A DNA stretch of 56,872 nucleotides, counting the filler, from Sphacelaria rigidula (Eukaryota): assembly GCA_964200075.2 (NCBI GenBank). It is 7 parts of 7 records of this genome, joined end to end, with 100 filler letters (N's around TTAATTAATTAA, not from the genome) between each part and the next. Parts side by side here need not be neighbours in the genome. Positions count along the whole stretch, not along the records: positions 24,418 to 32,456 come from CAXNAA020012544.1; positions 32,557 to 40,595 come from CAXNAA020012545.1; 5 more parts are not named here. The stretch is one strand, 5' to 3'. Both the position numbers and the translations under genes were made by a program. The stretch's first letter is position 1, and each line of letters begins with the position of its first letter. Positions 24,455 to 38,120 of this stretch are shown here, in pieces. Under the pieces are notes generated by a model. It worked only from the letters and a program-made list of their open reading frames with translations. It did not search any database and was not told where the DNA came from.

Positions 24455-25013
24455 AGATACTCTACCCGATCCCCGAGTATTTCGGTCTGACATCGAACAA
24501 TCTACTCAAAATTTGAGTACTAAGAGTACGGCCTCGAATACTCTACTCAAAATTTGAGTACTAAAAGTACGGCCTCGAATACTCTACTCGAATTTTGAGT
24601 ATCAAAAGTATGCTATCGAATAACCTACTGGAGTATTGAGTAAAGACTCTCGGCGCTACTCGAGTAAAAAGTATCGCTTGGGTATGGCCCTCATACTCTA
24701 CTCAATTTATTAGTATATTGAGTATCGCTCAAAATACTCTACTCAAATTTCGAGTACCAAAAGTATGGCCCCAATTACTCTACTCGAGTGTTGGGTATGC
24801 TCTCTCAGTACTACTCGGGTATAGAGTATCGCTTGAGTATAGTCCGTGTACTCTACTCAAAACTTGAGTATGAAAAGTATAGTTTCCAATACCCTACTCA
24901 AATTTTGAGTAAAAAAAGTATGATCTTCAATACTCTACTCTAATTTTGAGTACTATAAAGTATGACCCCTTGAAATCTACTCAAATTTGAGTTACTCTAC
25001 TCAACACGCCCTT
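24455..25013. repeat. About 41-bp tandem repeat (tactctactcaaaatttgagta...) inside an hAT-like non-autonomous element
   Basis: More than ten tactctactc motifs; ends tactctactcaacacgccctt like the element at 55823-56071. Confidence 0.8.
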
Positions 25014-27678
25014 GAAGGGTTCATACCGTGGTTGAATATAGGAGGGACAGACGGCGGGCGACCCGAACACTAGCTCCGCAAGTTTGCCACGGATCGCTGA
25101 ACTACCGGGATGAACCATAACCGTTAAGGACTACTGGGACGTAGCGTGGGTAGTCTGAAGCATGTATATTCTAGCCCGTAACGTTGGTAAATTCTCGACG
25201 TTGAACTTCCTGACGGCCGTACGTTGCGCATTTTGAGTGTACCTCACCACTTTGCTGTATGGTCACTCTTGATCACTTGGGCATCGGATGGGCAGTCTGA
25301 ATATTGTACAAATTGTCTGTACGATATTTATTTGACTCGAGTGAGTCGCATAGTAATGCACGAGGTAGGTGAGTTTCGTAGAGAACCAATAGTAGGACAT
25401 GGCGTGGATAGATCCGACACCTAAAGGAAAGGCACGGTTTGTTACTAACCGATCGGGTGTGCGTTCTGCCGCTGCTATTTTTGCTTTTGCACCTGCTTCG
25501 CAATTTCCTTCTCTTTTCCTTCGCCGTTGTTAGTGTTACGTTCCTCTACAGATTTTGATGATGATAATGAAGAAGAAGAAGCGGATGAAAAAGATGGCTA
25601 CGACTGAGTCGATTCGACGAAGACGACCACTTTAAACAGATTTCACCGCATTTCAGTAGCACTCCAATAGTAGTGCTGGTATGTTACTACATGTGCACCT
25701 GTGTGCTTCGACTCTTTCAAGTTGCCACAGCCGAAGCTGTGTTGGGGCGTCACGTGCGATGCGGTGTGCCCCTCATGATGTATCCTAATATGGTCAAATG
25801 TTCGAGCTAGTGAGGAAGGACATCTGGTGCAACCGCTGCACAGCGTAGTCCTCACCAGAAAGGAGTTGAGTGCGTGTTTAGGTTTGCAGATGATTTCTTA
25901 TGTTTCGAGAATGGGCGTGGGAACCATGTGCTAGGCTTTACCGTTTAATCATATATGGAGTAGGAACTCGGCCTACGAGGGAGAATTCGCATAAACTATG
26001 CCAGTTTGTAGTGCCTGGCAAGTAAGCACCCGTTCATACCCAAGAAACCGGAAAGTATACGATGTTTTGTTTGAGTGTAGCTGTGGATGAAACGTTCATA
26101 GGTTGTATTGGTATTAGCTGGTTTTTCCCATCATACATTCTAGCCCCCCTTTCTTTGAACGAGTTCCTTATTTCGGGAGATCGACTCATAGTTTTTGTTT
26201 CGTGAATTAGATCAGCACTACCCCACCGCGGCGACTCTCGTCGAATTGCTGTGAATATGTGAGTATTAACGTGGATTTATGTATGATTTCTCTTTCTTAC
26301 AATGCTGGAGAATTCCGCTGAACCACGACATCATTCTATAAGAAAAACTTGGGCTTTTAGGGTTACAGCGGCGGTTTAAGGTCAACCGAGAACGAGTAAA
26401 ATGGTCGGTGTGCGTGTCTAAACCACATTCGTGGATTTCAATAGTTGGGGCAGGATTCCCATTACATCAACAAGAAGAATGATGAATGGAAGCGGATGAA
26501 ACTCGTGAAGCTGAATGCCATCGTCGTAGTATGGTGTGGTTTATGGTTTTGGGTAAACCCCGCCAAAAGGTGAAAATGTCGAACGTAGGGTCCAGCTAAA
26601 GCGTCGCAAGCTGAACAGTGGAGAATATGTTGGCTATGTGAACACTACCGTCTTCAACGATTGATAGAGGGTGTAGTACTGCATTCGGCACGTATGTACG
26701 ATCAGTTTCAAATGACGTCAATTCGATTAAATCCCTGCACGACTACATTTTCGTGACATATTTCAACACATGTTTCCCTCAGATGGCATGGGTGCAGTGA
26801 AATACTGCGCGCATCACGGTATCGGGTTTGCCGTGTAGCCTAGTATTTATTCTGTACCTGTGATCTTTCGCAGATGGACCTCATTTGAGGAACAGCAGAA
26901 ACACTGAATGCTTTCGACGTACACCAGCGTGCGTCTAACGGTGGAGAACGAATATGTATGCGCTTTGTTGCACAGCTCTGAATGCTTGTTTCGCGTGCAA
27001 GTGGCTTACAAAATGAACATGAGAGCCCACTACTACCCAGCTTGCCCTTGCGACAAATGACTCAAATGCGCGTTTTGAAGCGGATCGTAAGAACGGAACA
27101 TCACATATTCGGCGGATATGGCCGTTGGATACTCCAGGCCAACCCATATCATTATCGCGGCTAGAATAGCAGCGCCTTCAGGAATGAGCAAGTATCAAAA
27201 AGCCATTGAATATTCTCCGAATCAATGTTTACACCAGCCAAGGCCAAACACCACGCGATCTGTAGGTAGCGGCATCTCAATACGTGGTTTTTACAATTTT
27301 GTCCAACCAACCGTATTGTTATAGTATGAGTACTCGTGTCGCTTGCGACTCTGAATCTAAGCGTGCGACCTCACTCGTATTAACCTTGTGACTGACAGGA
27401 TAGGTGGTAATTTGAATCGACATCATTTACATGTGACTTTCCAGCATGTGAGTTTCATACATTGATGGCACATTGAACAACTCTTTCCCATTCAGAAGTT
27501 TGCACTCAACCAAAAGACGGACATTCCATCTGGCGCAAGTATTGTTCACTTCCTTGTAAAAAGGCATCTGACGCGAATAATGTTCACTTGGTTGTAGGAA
27601 GGTTGAAGGAAGGAGCGAGATCAAGTATTATGAGCCAATGAAACGGCGCCTGGTTGAGGACGACATGAAAAAATGCCA

Positions 27679-28315
27679 TGTTGAAAAGACTCGTGTTGTG
27701 TGAAGCTGTCTTCTGGACAAACCCATTACTGTCGCTTTGAACAACAGTTTATAGCACAGGTGCACCGGTGGTTGTTAGACCACTTGCTTCTGTAGCAGAA
27801 GAAGGAGTAAGGTTCTTCTCACAGGCGCTTATATTATGTGGCCAACACAGAATAAAACGCAGTGTCTTTTCAAAGCAGAGAGTTGAGGGGAAAGAAGGGC
27901 CGTGACAGCACCAACGGCCGAGGTGGCCGAGTCCAAGCATTCTCAATCGTGAAAATAAACAGCCAAGTCGGTACATCTACGTGAGCCCAATTCATATCAT
28001 ACCATTCAACGCTGACGTGTTAGTCTTGCCAGCTCTCACGCTACATCTACTGTGAGCTACGTGGCCTAGTTTCCTTGATAATACTGTACACTGCTGTGCA
28101 ACAAATCATGACAGCACACTTCTAACCGCAGTATCCTATGAGCTATGTAGTCGAGCGTGGAGGGATCCATTCAATCAAAGATTCACGTTGAACATTACTG
28201 AATAGTTCATGATTTCGTTGAGCAGAAACAACTTGTACCGCAAATTGCTGTGGAGTTGAAATCCAAAACACCGAACATACAGCCAAGCTACAGGCTGAGT
28301 GTGAAATTTCCAACA
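27679..28315 (-). mobile_element. Solo LTR related to the copia LTR at 2438-3007
   Basis: Termini TGTTGGAAATTT...TTTTCAACA on the minus strand; shared blocks gagctggcaa and gaagcaagtggtctaa; no clean TSD. Confidence 0.85.
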
Positions 28316-28730
28316 GAACACAGTCTATGACGATTTGAAAAAAATATGACTCCGACAAAAGAGAGTTACGGAAAACGTTTTCTCAAATCTTAGAGTCAGA
28401 CTGGAAGGAAAAATAGCCGGTAACGGTGCACTTTCCGCCAGGAAGATTTTCCAGAGCGATTTTTTCAGAGTCAGAGTCCCGTTTGCACCCCTTAACTCTG
28501 AAAGACGTTGTTCCTCTTCAGAGTTCAGAGCGGAATGAGAAAGAACCACGCCCACCTTCACTACAATATGGTCCACGTCCAGTCCAAAGTCAAAAGATCC
28601 TGACAAGCAAAGTGGGACATTCATGATCCATCAAAACTGCCATGATCATCACAATGGACCATTCACGAAGTACAAAAGCTTGATATCGCAATCAGAAGAC
28701 CTCCCTGACGCCATGGTATCAGCATTCAAC

Positions 28731-29139
28731 AGCCTGGATCCGTTTTTGAGGTTGAACATTTTAATGAGTTTCAACTCAACAACAGTGCTTTCCCTGACCT
28801 AGAGTCATGACCAATGAATTTCACATCGACGACCTCATGCCCCCCCGACCTCCCTAAAACAAGGTTCGGGGGTTGCACGTCTTCCGTGCCCCCAAAGAGC
28901 ATGTGCGAAAGCACCTTTTCGCCTCGATATCGGGGCGAAAAAGGGGACGTGTTTAGCCCGAAATTGGTGCTTGCGCATATAAACCTTGGGGGCGCGGAAG
29001 ACGGGCAACCCCGAAAACAGTTATAAAGGGGTCGGGGGGCATGAGGTATTTCATATGAAATTCATTGGTCATGACTTTAGGTCAGTGTTTGCGAGTTGAA
29101 ACTCATTAGAATGTTGAACCTCAAAACCGGATCCAGGCT
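28731..29139. mobile_element. Fold-back MITE, palindromic over almost its whole length
   Basis: agcctggatccg.ttttgaggtt...gtcatgaccaatgaatttca...cctcatgccccccgacc mirrored at 29030-29139. Confidence 0.85.
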
Positions 29140-31399
29140 CTGATTTGCTTGGCTGTGTTGCGTGAAAGTTCAAATGCTCGACGGGTACACGTTGCGTTGG
29201 GTGCAGTTCCTCATTCTTGCCAGCTTCAGCTGGAAGAAGACGCACAAGCAAAGACGGTGGGAACGATTCGTAGTCTACAGCGCACAAGCAATGCTACACC
29301 TGGCTGTATTCCCATCCCGTGAGAGATCATAACGTCTTGCACCACCATTTTGGGGGGCATGTGGAAAAACCATCGCAATGCGGCCGAGGTCTGCTGTTTG
29401 AAAGTGCTGCGTACCGTACTGTCTGTATCACTGTTTGTACGATTGACAGTAAATAGTTCACAGCATCGCAATGCAGTGTTGTAGGGTTCTGTGTTGCATT
29501 CTCTGTACTGCACTGTGCTCCACGCTACACAGAACTATAGCACTACAGCACTACAGTGTCCTGTAGTGCGTCGTAGTAGATTGAAGTACTGCAGGTGCAG
29601 TGGAAAAGCGTGGTGTATGGTGCGTCCGGTGCCGCAGTGTACGGTACAGTCAGTGTTGTGCCGGCCTATGCACTTTCGAAGTGGAAGCTAGTCGATCGTA
29701 CATTTGGCGGGGCAACCTGCGGCCAATCACTGCGACCAACAAAAACCACCTCAAGCCACGTCACATCAGCTTCCGCTATAAACGTTTTAACGTCCAATGT
29801 GAAGTTTCGAAGCTTCCACTCTGCACTCTAACTCTATGATAAAATGAAAATTATTCCGAAACTCTCTAACTTCAAACTTCGATCGGCTAGCGGGCGTCTG
29901 ATCAGAAAGGGCACCGCATTTTGAACGCCCGACCATGCTTGAGGAGCTGCTCAAAGTTGGAGAAAGAAATAAACCAAGAAATATATCGGATTTCGCACTA
30001 ATACAGTACAAACGGACTTACGCCTCCGCATGTGCTGTGGTGTTTCGTCTGTACAATACTACTCGAGCTTGTATTGTCAACCTTGGAAACGTCATGTTTT
30101 ATTTCGAGGATGTTGTATCGTTCGCGACGAACAATGGGCTCCGTGCCTAGACCCATCATTCTGTGCTGTAGCTGAGCCCGCTGCGTGGTGCAACTGGATC
30201 CCGTCAAGACGGTTTGATCTGCGACAGCGATGGCCTAAAACCCTGCACTCGTACTGTTGTGTCCCGCTCGGTACGAATGTTGTGGTCGACACGCAATTCT
30301 CCCTATACACTTTTGGAAGGGCAAGGTGGGTTGCCTGTTTGGTCTTCTATAGAACGAATGAGGCGCCTGGCTCCCACACCCATCATATCTATACTGTGGT
30401 TCAGTTGTTGCTGTACTGAGGTGCGCTTGAACCCTCCGAGTACGATTACATTTTCGCTGGACATTGCTTGAGCATCTCTACTGTTGCCGTGTACCGATAT
30501 GTACAAAACTGGGGTGAGAGCACAGTGCGCTCGATTTACGCAAAGTTGAAGCGACGTGATGGCTGTGCAGTCTTTGTGTCTTCTCCGGGTGCCATTGTCC
30601 AGATGCAAGACGCCGCTTTTCCAATTGCGTGCCGTACGCCATGTTTGAGTGACCCAAATTAATGTCAAGCGGGTACTGAGTATCTGGATTCCTAAACGAC
30701 CTAGAGGTAGCCGTGAACAGCGGATCCTATTTTTTGGGCTTGATATCTAAAATGAGGTTTGAGTGGCATATCGTTTTTGCAGGGATGACGCGAAACAGTT
30801 ACACAGAACACAACCATATTTCCCCGCAAATGTCTGCAGCAGTGAATCAGTTGTGGCTAGGTGCACCGAACGAATGCGGCGTAAATGCGGGTCGATGAGG
30901 ATATCACCAGAGAGAGAAACGACGACAGAGAGGAAGCTTCTCGCCCGTGTACATTGTGTGTCCTCGCTCGGAGAGTACCAGTCGCTCGAGAGACTGGCAT
31001 CATGTATGTTACCAGCGTGTACCGAATCTCTCAAGTGCCGGTAGGAATGTCATATTGCTGCACAGTCCCCCAAAGAAACGTCGAGGTGCGGAGGGATCTC
31101 GTCTCTTCTTGTCTGTGGAGCCCACCAATTCAAAAATCGATTTCTCTCTGCCTCTCGTTTTGGACAGGACGCGCCTCTGTGTGCTGCAGAACACGTCGTT
31201 GAAAACAGGGCGATGTTACCATCACCGCTACTGTTGTTTTCTGTCACATCCATGCCGGCAAGGACGGTGCTGCGGCGATACCAGATCCAATTGAAACTTG
31301 GGGGGTGTTATTTGTCGCTGATTTTACCCGACGTGTAACTCTCTGGGTGCGCGACGATAAAAGCGTGCCACAAGCCAGTTGGGGAGTGTATGAGAGATC

Positions 31400-32125
31400 A
31401 AACACTTGTGAAGACCCTGTTGACATGCGGAGTGAAAAACGATACCTGTGGTGATGACCTAACTGTTGCTTGCGTGGCGCATGGGGGGGTGCCTCTATGC
31501 TGCAGTCTTGAGCACCCACGCACCCATTACGTGTGTCGCGGTGGTTTTCGATGATTCCCACGTGAGGAGGTCATTCATAACAAGCTGGGGCAAGATACCT
31601 TTCACGAGGAACAAGAGTGCTCTATGACCGACCACTTGTCGTTGCATTTGACACCCACGCCATCAACCGCCAACCACAAAGGTCTCGTGATTTGAAGCAA
31701 CGATGTCGGCACTACGGTAGGCAAACCGTTTGCCTGGATGACAGAACGAACCATTTTATGAGGGAGCCCGACCACAACAACGTACAGTGGTTTTTGCACG
31801 ATCCCAACTATACTTACGAGCAACACCTCGACAAGAGTGTCATGGAAAAGCTTCGGAGATCCCTACAAGCGGTGTGTCCTTATGTCGGGCGCCTCAAAGC
31901 TGACATGAGCGACTGGTGAGGGTGTGCACAACTGCGGCAACTTATTATTATGCTTCAGATATTCTAACTGTCGAAACAAGAAGCAGAGAAGTTTTCGCAA
32001 GGACAGGAAGGGTATGTCGCAAACACTCGCGGGAGAAACGACGACTATCGATTTTCGTGACAAGGACTACTTCCCTCTGACGTACCCGTTGCTTTATCCG
32101 CAAGGGGGGCTTTCGCGGTTTCATG
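31400..32125 (+). pseudogene. Helitron Rep/Helicase N-terminal remnant
   Basis: NCCLRG, LRRSLQAVCPYV and YFPLTYPLLYPQG match the order of the Helitron motifs CC..G, L...NPY and Y.PL.YPLLFP.G. Confidence 0.7.
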
Positions 32126-32297
32126 TACGTCGTTCCCTCGTTCTTTCTCTTTTGTGCTATTCCCATACCACTGTTACTTCTATGGAGTGGGTTGTTTGCC
32201 GCTATGATCGTTGCTTCTTCGGAGTGGGTTGTTCGCCTCGCAGCGTACTAACTGAGATCTCATTCGTACATCGTGTCGCCTCCTCACGGTTGCTTCT

Positions 32298-32456
32298 GTA
32301 ATGCGTGAGAGGATCGCGTGCTTAGAGGACCGCGCCGTGGTTCAAAACACCTCAGGATCGACGTTTTTCAAAACCAATCGGGCCAGTCCCTGCAGGTACC
32401 ACGCCCCTGACCATAACACTAACACTAACCCTGACCCTAACCCTAACCATAGGGAT
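32298..32456 (+). mobile_element. MITE family B truncated by contig end
   Basis: Nearly identical to 22144-22303. Confidence 0.9.
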
Positions 32457-33397
32457 NNNNNNNNNNNNNNNNNNNNNNNNNNNNNNNNNNNNNNNNNNNN
32501 TTAATTAATTAANNNNNNNNNNNNNNNNNNNNNNNNNNNNNNNNNNNNNNNNNNNNGGGACTGGACACGCGGTTTCGGTAGCTACTGAAAAGAGACCGGT
32601 TCTGTGCGTTCCGCGCAAGTGCGGCGAAACCGAGGGAAAAAACGGTTCGGGAAAAGAGTGGAATGGGCCCGAGTTACACCGCATTTTGGCCTTACCGATC
32701 TCATATTACGGAACGGAGGGCGTAATCATTACGGTGCTATACATCGTTTCATCATTCATGCCGAAGGTGAGCATAATTCAAAATGATGTTCCACGTGCAA
32801 ACAAGCAGAAAAAAAAAAACGAGAAGCAGGAAAGGCAACAAGAAAAAGTGAGGGGCCGCAGGAGGCATACAGAAAGACAACAAGGTGCCAAACTACAAAA
32901 TAATATAGAAATAACCTCACATATATATGCGCATATACACCGTGAATACTGCGCTATTGCCGGGTGGTCTATGTGAAAAAATACAACTACATGGAGAGGC
33001 AAACCCTGCTCTCCCGTGCTAATGTGCCTGCTCTCACGTACTACTGCAATACCGTAGTGCCACAAATTACGGCGCCACCCCCTCGAAATGGACATCGAAC
33101 CATTGAATTTCAAATTTGAACTTCAGAGTGCTTTCGTCTCTGCACCCACGTCAACAATCGCAAAAATCAGCACGCGGTACTCATGATCGATCCATGGATT
33201 GGGTGTATCACCCTATCAGCCGATTGCAACAATCCATCTGGTGGTCATGATGGGGTTGTGTTGTGCCTTGAGGTCTGCAGGTTGGCGTTGTGCGTGTGGC
33301 ATGCGGGCGGGGGTGGGGCTGCCCACCTTGGGCACATCAAAATTTGACTACCCAAGTTGCACAGGGATCTGAAACGCTTCTCCGCACTGCCGGATGG

Positions 33398-34022
33398 CAG
33401 TTTCGAAATCGGTATAGCGGTATAGAGGGTAAGGCAGGTTCAGTACTGGTATTTGGTACATCTCATACCCTACCATACCCGCTCGATCGGGTATTTTCAA
33501 AACTCATGCGTATGATACCTACGATACCACGGTATTTCGAGGTTCCAATACCTCCGTATCTGCCCAAGCGGATATTTTCAAATGTCATACCTACGATACC
33601 GATGATACCATGGTATTTCGAGACACCAATACCTACCGTACCCGCCCAGTCAGGTATTTTCAGAACTCGTACCCATGATACGTACGATACCACGGAATTT
33701 TGAGATACCTGCACCTACCGTACCCGCCTAATCGGATATTTTTAAATGTCACACCTACGGTACCGACGTTTCCACGGTATTTCGAAATACCAACACCTGC
33801 CGTACCCGCCCAGTCAGGTATTTTCAGAACTCGTACCCATGATACCTACGAGACCACGTTATTTCGTTATTTCGAGGTTTCAATACTTACCGTACCCGCT
33901 CATTCAGGTATTTTCAGAACTCACACCTACGATACCCACGCATACCACGGTATGGGATACCCCGGTAAGTACCGTGGGTAAGCTCGGTACGGACTTCACC
34001 TACGGTTCCCGTATCCCAGCTG
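33398..34022. mobile_element. Non-autonomous element with about 82-bp internal tandem repeats
   Basis: tacctaccgtacccgc..ggtattttcagaactc..atacctacgataccacggtatttcga about six times; CAG..CTG ends. Confidence 0.7.
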
Positions 34023-34439
34023 AAGCCCCAATGATGATGAACTATAAAGTTGTAGCCTTCGCGAAAAAAGCCAAACTACGCCCTTGTCCTGTGTGTTGTC
34101 ACGACCAGAGGCTCGAATTGTGTGTGCATCGGTTGCAGGCAAAGCTGTGTAACAAAGAATCCGCCCAAATCCAAACCGCAGTGAGCTGTTCAGATCCAAG
34201 TGTTCACAGAAATGAGGTATCCACTTGTATTATACTAGTAAGGAGCTATTAGTCCCCACAACTGTAGCTCACCAATAGGACCCACTTGGAACCCAGAGCA
34301 ACGGCAGACCAATGCTGATTGTGCTCAGGTCGCCAAAGAGAGTGACCACAAACGAGGGTGGTTTACTCGATACCACCCTACGCAAGAGTTATGTCCACAC
34401 ATAGTAATGATACAAAAACGAAAAGCCAATGCCGGGCGT

Positions 34440-37424
34440 ACGTAAACTGAGGCGTTGCTGGCCCACACATCCGACAGTCCGTCTGTAACGGCAAATACCT
34501 CGTGTATCATATCGTCCACCCCAGTCCAAGGAACGTTCCGACAATACTGTCCGTTGTGTGCATAATATACAATATGCCGACACGACAATTTAACCATGAA
34601 ACATGTATTTCCCATCAACAGCTGTCGCCTATTCGGAAAATTAATCTGGATCTTTCCAAGAAAATCTCGTCCCTCAACGTCCTAGACAAAGATTCATATC
34701 CAAATATTGCTTTTGATCCGAGTCACGTGTGCCCAAGAGGTTACTGTACCTCATCGAGGCCAGTGCCTTCAAATACCGTAACACCGTGCAGTGTTATTCC
34801 TTGCCATGACATCTCTGGAGCGGCGTCCTCATCGCTGTCTGACTCAATTTCACCCAGCACAGCTCACAAACCAGCGGTGGATACCCCTCACGCAGCAGCT
34901 TAGACAGGTGTTACTATTTGTACAAGCGAGGAGGCCATCATCCAACATACCCGCCTGACACGTGATAGCAAATTGCTCTCTACCGACGAATGTCACCAAG
35001 CCAAAACTCTGATACAACTACCACAGTAGCTACTATCCGTCGTTAAAGATGAAGAGTGCTCCAATTTGACTGTCGGGATGGTGCAGCATCTGCAGTCGTC
35101 GCTTTACTCCAATATTTCCATCTCCGGCCGGGGTCTGCGCAGCCAAAAACTGGAGGGATGGTAGATATGTGTCTTGGCTACTCAGAGCAACTTGATTTGT
35201 CTCTGCAGCTGCCGTGTGTGTCAAGATGTTGCCAAGTCGGCGGGGGGTGTGCTCAACATGTCAGGTGCGGCGTAAAAGCGCGTCGGCTCGTGGGTCGTAT
35301 CCAAGAGGGCAAAACACAAAAGTGAGTACATGACAACCTATTTCAGCCCACACGCGGGTACAGGTAACCGCGCGAGTTGTACCCGTCTGTGCTAGGCCCA
35401 AACCACTTAAAAATCAATCCCGACTCAAAGGGAAGGTGCCCACGGCCTATATAGAGCATGTACACCAATTTTCTCGAAAAAAGAGCGCGTTTTAGGGCCG
35501 AACAGCACCGCGGGAAACCAGGGTCTCGCAGAGTACCCTATTTTGTCCGACAATGGGGGTGGATGTACCCAGCAAAAGCTACCGAGTTTATCTTATACCT
35601 CATTTTCTCTTATGCTGTCTCATAGTTTGTTTGAAATGTACCTCTATTTGACCAATATCGGCCTTCCACAGCCGCCGTCCGACCCACACCACAAAGTCGA
35701 ATGGCCGAAGAACTCCAACCCTTATCTATACTGTATCTCCTTCTACGACCTAGAGACTCGAGACCCCTGTGGAGTGATTGCCGCACCGCACAACCGTTGA
35801 CAAATGGCACAACAAGCTGCGAACCAGTTATTGTGCAGTTTGCGTTTTTTTACGTGTTTCGCGGCTCGTTGTGTCGGTCGCCAACGGTCGTGCGGTGTAT
35901 CAATCACTCCGCAGGTGTCTCGAGTACACGAGTTGCTTGGTTGCCTTGTCTCTTACGGGATTTATCAACCTCGCCCACACAGCCTTGAACATCAGAATCT
36001 CTGAACGGTTCAACCCTTGTGCAACCATCTGCTCTCCACTGGCTTGGTGCACCTTGATTACTCTGCTGTCGTGCAGTACATTTATTAATAGCATATCCAT
36101 CGCGTTTACTTCTGTGATGAAATCGTCAGGGAACATTTGCCAATTCTCATTCAGACCATCAAATCTTCATCTCTCCAAACGTTGCACGTTATGTACCCGC
36201 AAGACTCAGTTGTCTCTAGTCGCGTTGAGCCTCATAGGTGGTGCTTTCGCGCGAAACTTCCCCCACATATGTCGTGGGTTCTCCGTGAACCGGCTTCGCT
36301 CTTCCTAGCAGGCCAAATCTGGTCTCTCGACTGAATGGTGCTGGAACCGTCGCAGTCCCTGCACCTGTGACGGGGTGTAGCCCGCCACATGACTCGTCCC
36401 CGCCGCAGGCGGTGCCCCGTGCATTAAGTACACGTTGTTGCCTGAAGCTCCGCGAGCTGCTGTACAATGGTACCCATGGGTCCTTCCATTATGGATACGC
36501 TCCCCCTCGAGTCCCCGCACTCGGTTGGTGATGGCGTGTTCCCAGGCGCAGCTGGGTATATGACCGCGTTGCTTCCGTCTGCCACCTCGTTTGTGAATGA
36601 CAAGATGGCGGTTGATGAAACACGAGTCCTGTAGAGTGTGTCGAGATATGTGATGCCGTGCGTCAATTCAATGGACGCGACTGGTGTAGTCGATCAGAGT
36701 ACACGACTGTCAGCCAATCAAGATGGTGTAGGAGAGTAGTATAGTATAGTCAGGCAAAGCAAGGAAAAAATAGCGATGAGTGGGAAGAACCTCACCTCAG
36801 ACCATCAAGACTATACGTGCGTGGGTCCTAAACACGCCAACTATGGTAGTATATCCCACCGCGTGTAGCGGTCGCAACAAGAAACGCAAATGCCTCACTA
36901 CTGTATGATAAATCCAGCCCCGTAGACCCTACTGGTTACCCTATTCATATACACGTACCACCAAACGACTGGAGTCGATTTGCGTGCGGTGGCCGTGCTG
37001 CACAGCATCCAAAAAGGTCAAGTGTAGCACCGTGTTCTGCTCCTGATTTGTGTTTTGCGTCGATACACCCGCTGGATTGATATCAACATTCAGCCTCACG
37101 GACGAACGGCGATTCGTCCAAGGGTGTCGCCGGACTACCCGCCATACAATTGTGCACCCAATGGCGCACCGCACCATGCACTAAACACCTGCGCTGTTCG
37201 TACGAGGCACGATTCATGACAACCTAATGGAGAAGACAGCCTTCAGGGTTACAGATATAGTGTGCTAAGTATCTACAGAGGTATGCATCAAATCTCCCAA
37301 CAGGCTCACCATGGTCGTTGCCTGCTTTCGATGCCGAGTCCTCTCTCTCCGACCCGGTGCACTCGGAATCTGAATCTCCAATCCAGATCCTCGCTGAAAA
37401 CTTACCCGCGGCCGATGGGTCCAT
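34440..37424 (-). pseudogene. Unidentified degenerate spliced gene
   Basis: ATG at 37424 with donor at about 37308, further acceptor/donor pairs and protein-like ORF fragments (36941-37177, 36424-36666, 35900-36136) broken by stops and frameshifts. Confidence 0.3.
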
Positions 37425-37750
37425 CTAGCCCGCTGTAGGAAAAACTGCGACGTGCCCGATCTGGTGCCAGTATTTTTTCGGATTCATCACGATTCCCGGG
37501 GGGGGTCTTGTGAGCTACTGCGTCGCGTCGACATCCTCCCTCCTTCACCGCGGGCGCGATAATCACCACGACCAGTGTCGGAGAGTGGTATCTGGCCTTC
37601 CAGATTCCTCATCACCTCGCTTTTGGCTCCATTCGCTAGCCGCAACGCTATCTCCTCTTGTTACGAACCCACCAAAGATGATCTGCCGACAACTTCAACC
37701 GGACCTGGGTCGACCTCAGGAGTGGGTGGCAGCAGGAGCAGCCTTCTTCT

Positions 37751-38120
37751 GTAAAGGAAGATCAGTTGATGGCGCTATACTCTCCCGGGGTAACACCAAC
37801 ACCCGCATCCCCAGCCAACGCAACACAACCGCATCCTCGAGGGTCGCCGGGAGATCTGTCGACGCCATCGGGACACGGTAATGAGTGACTAGGCTCACCG
37901 TTTCCTTTAAAACCAAGACCTTCGGACGCGTCCGCAGTTGACGCATCCGAAGGTGTTGATTTCGAGGAGCACGGCGAACCTAGTCATCCATCAACGTGTC
38001 CCGATGGTTTGGAAAGATCTCGCGGAGACCCTCGAGAAGGCGCTTGTGTTGTTTGGCTGGGGATGCGGGTGTTGGTGTTACCTCGGGAGAGTGTGGCGCC
38101 ATCCGCTGGTCTTCTTTTAC
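37751..38120. repeat. Long imperfect inverted repeat, arms about 180 bp, 7-nt loop at 37933-37939
   Basis: ggtaacaccaacacccgcatccccagccaa pairs with ttggctggggatgcgggtgttggtgttacc; ttcggacgcgtc/gacgcatccgaa closes the loop. Confidence 0.9.

Noticed and set aside
24455-25013. Palindromic 41-bp repeats as a CRISPR array
   Set aside because: Inter-repeat segments are related to each other and the array ends in an hAT-like TIR
32410-32456. ccctaaccctaa at a contig end as a telomere
   Set aside because: It is the internal core of MITE family B
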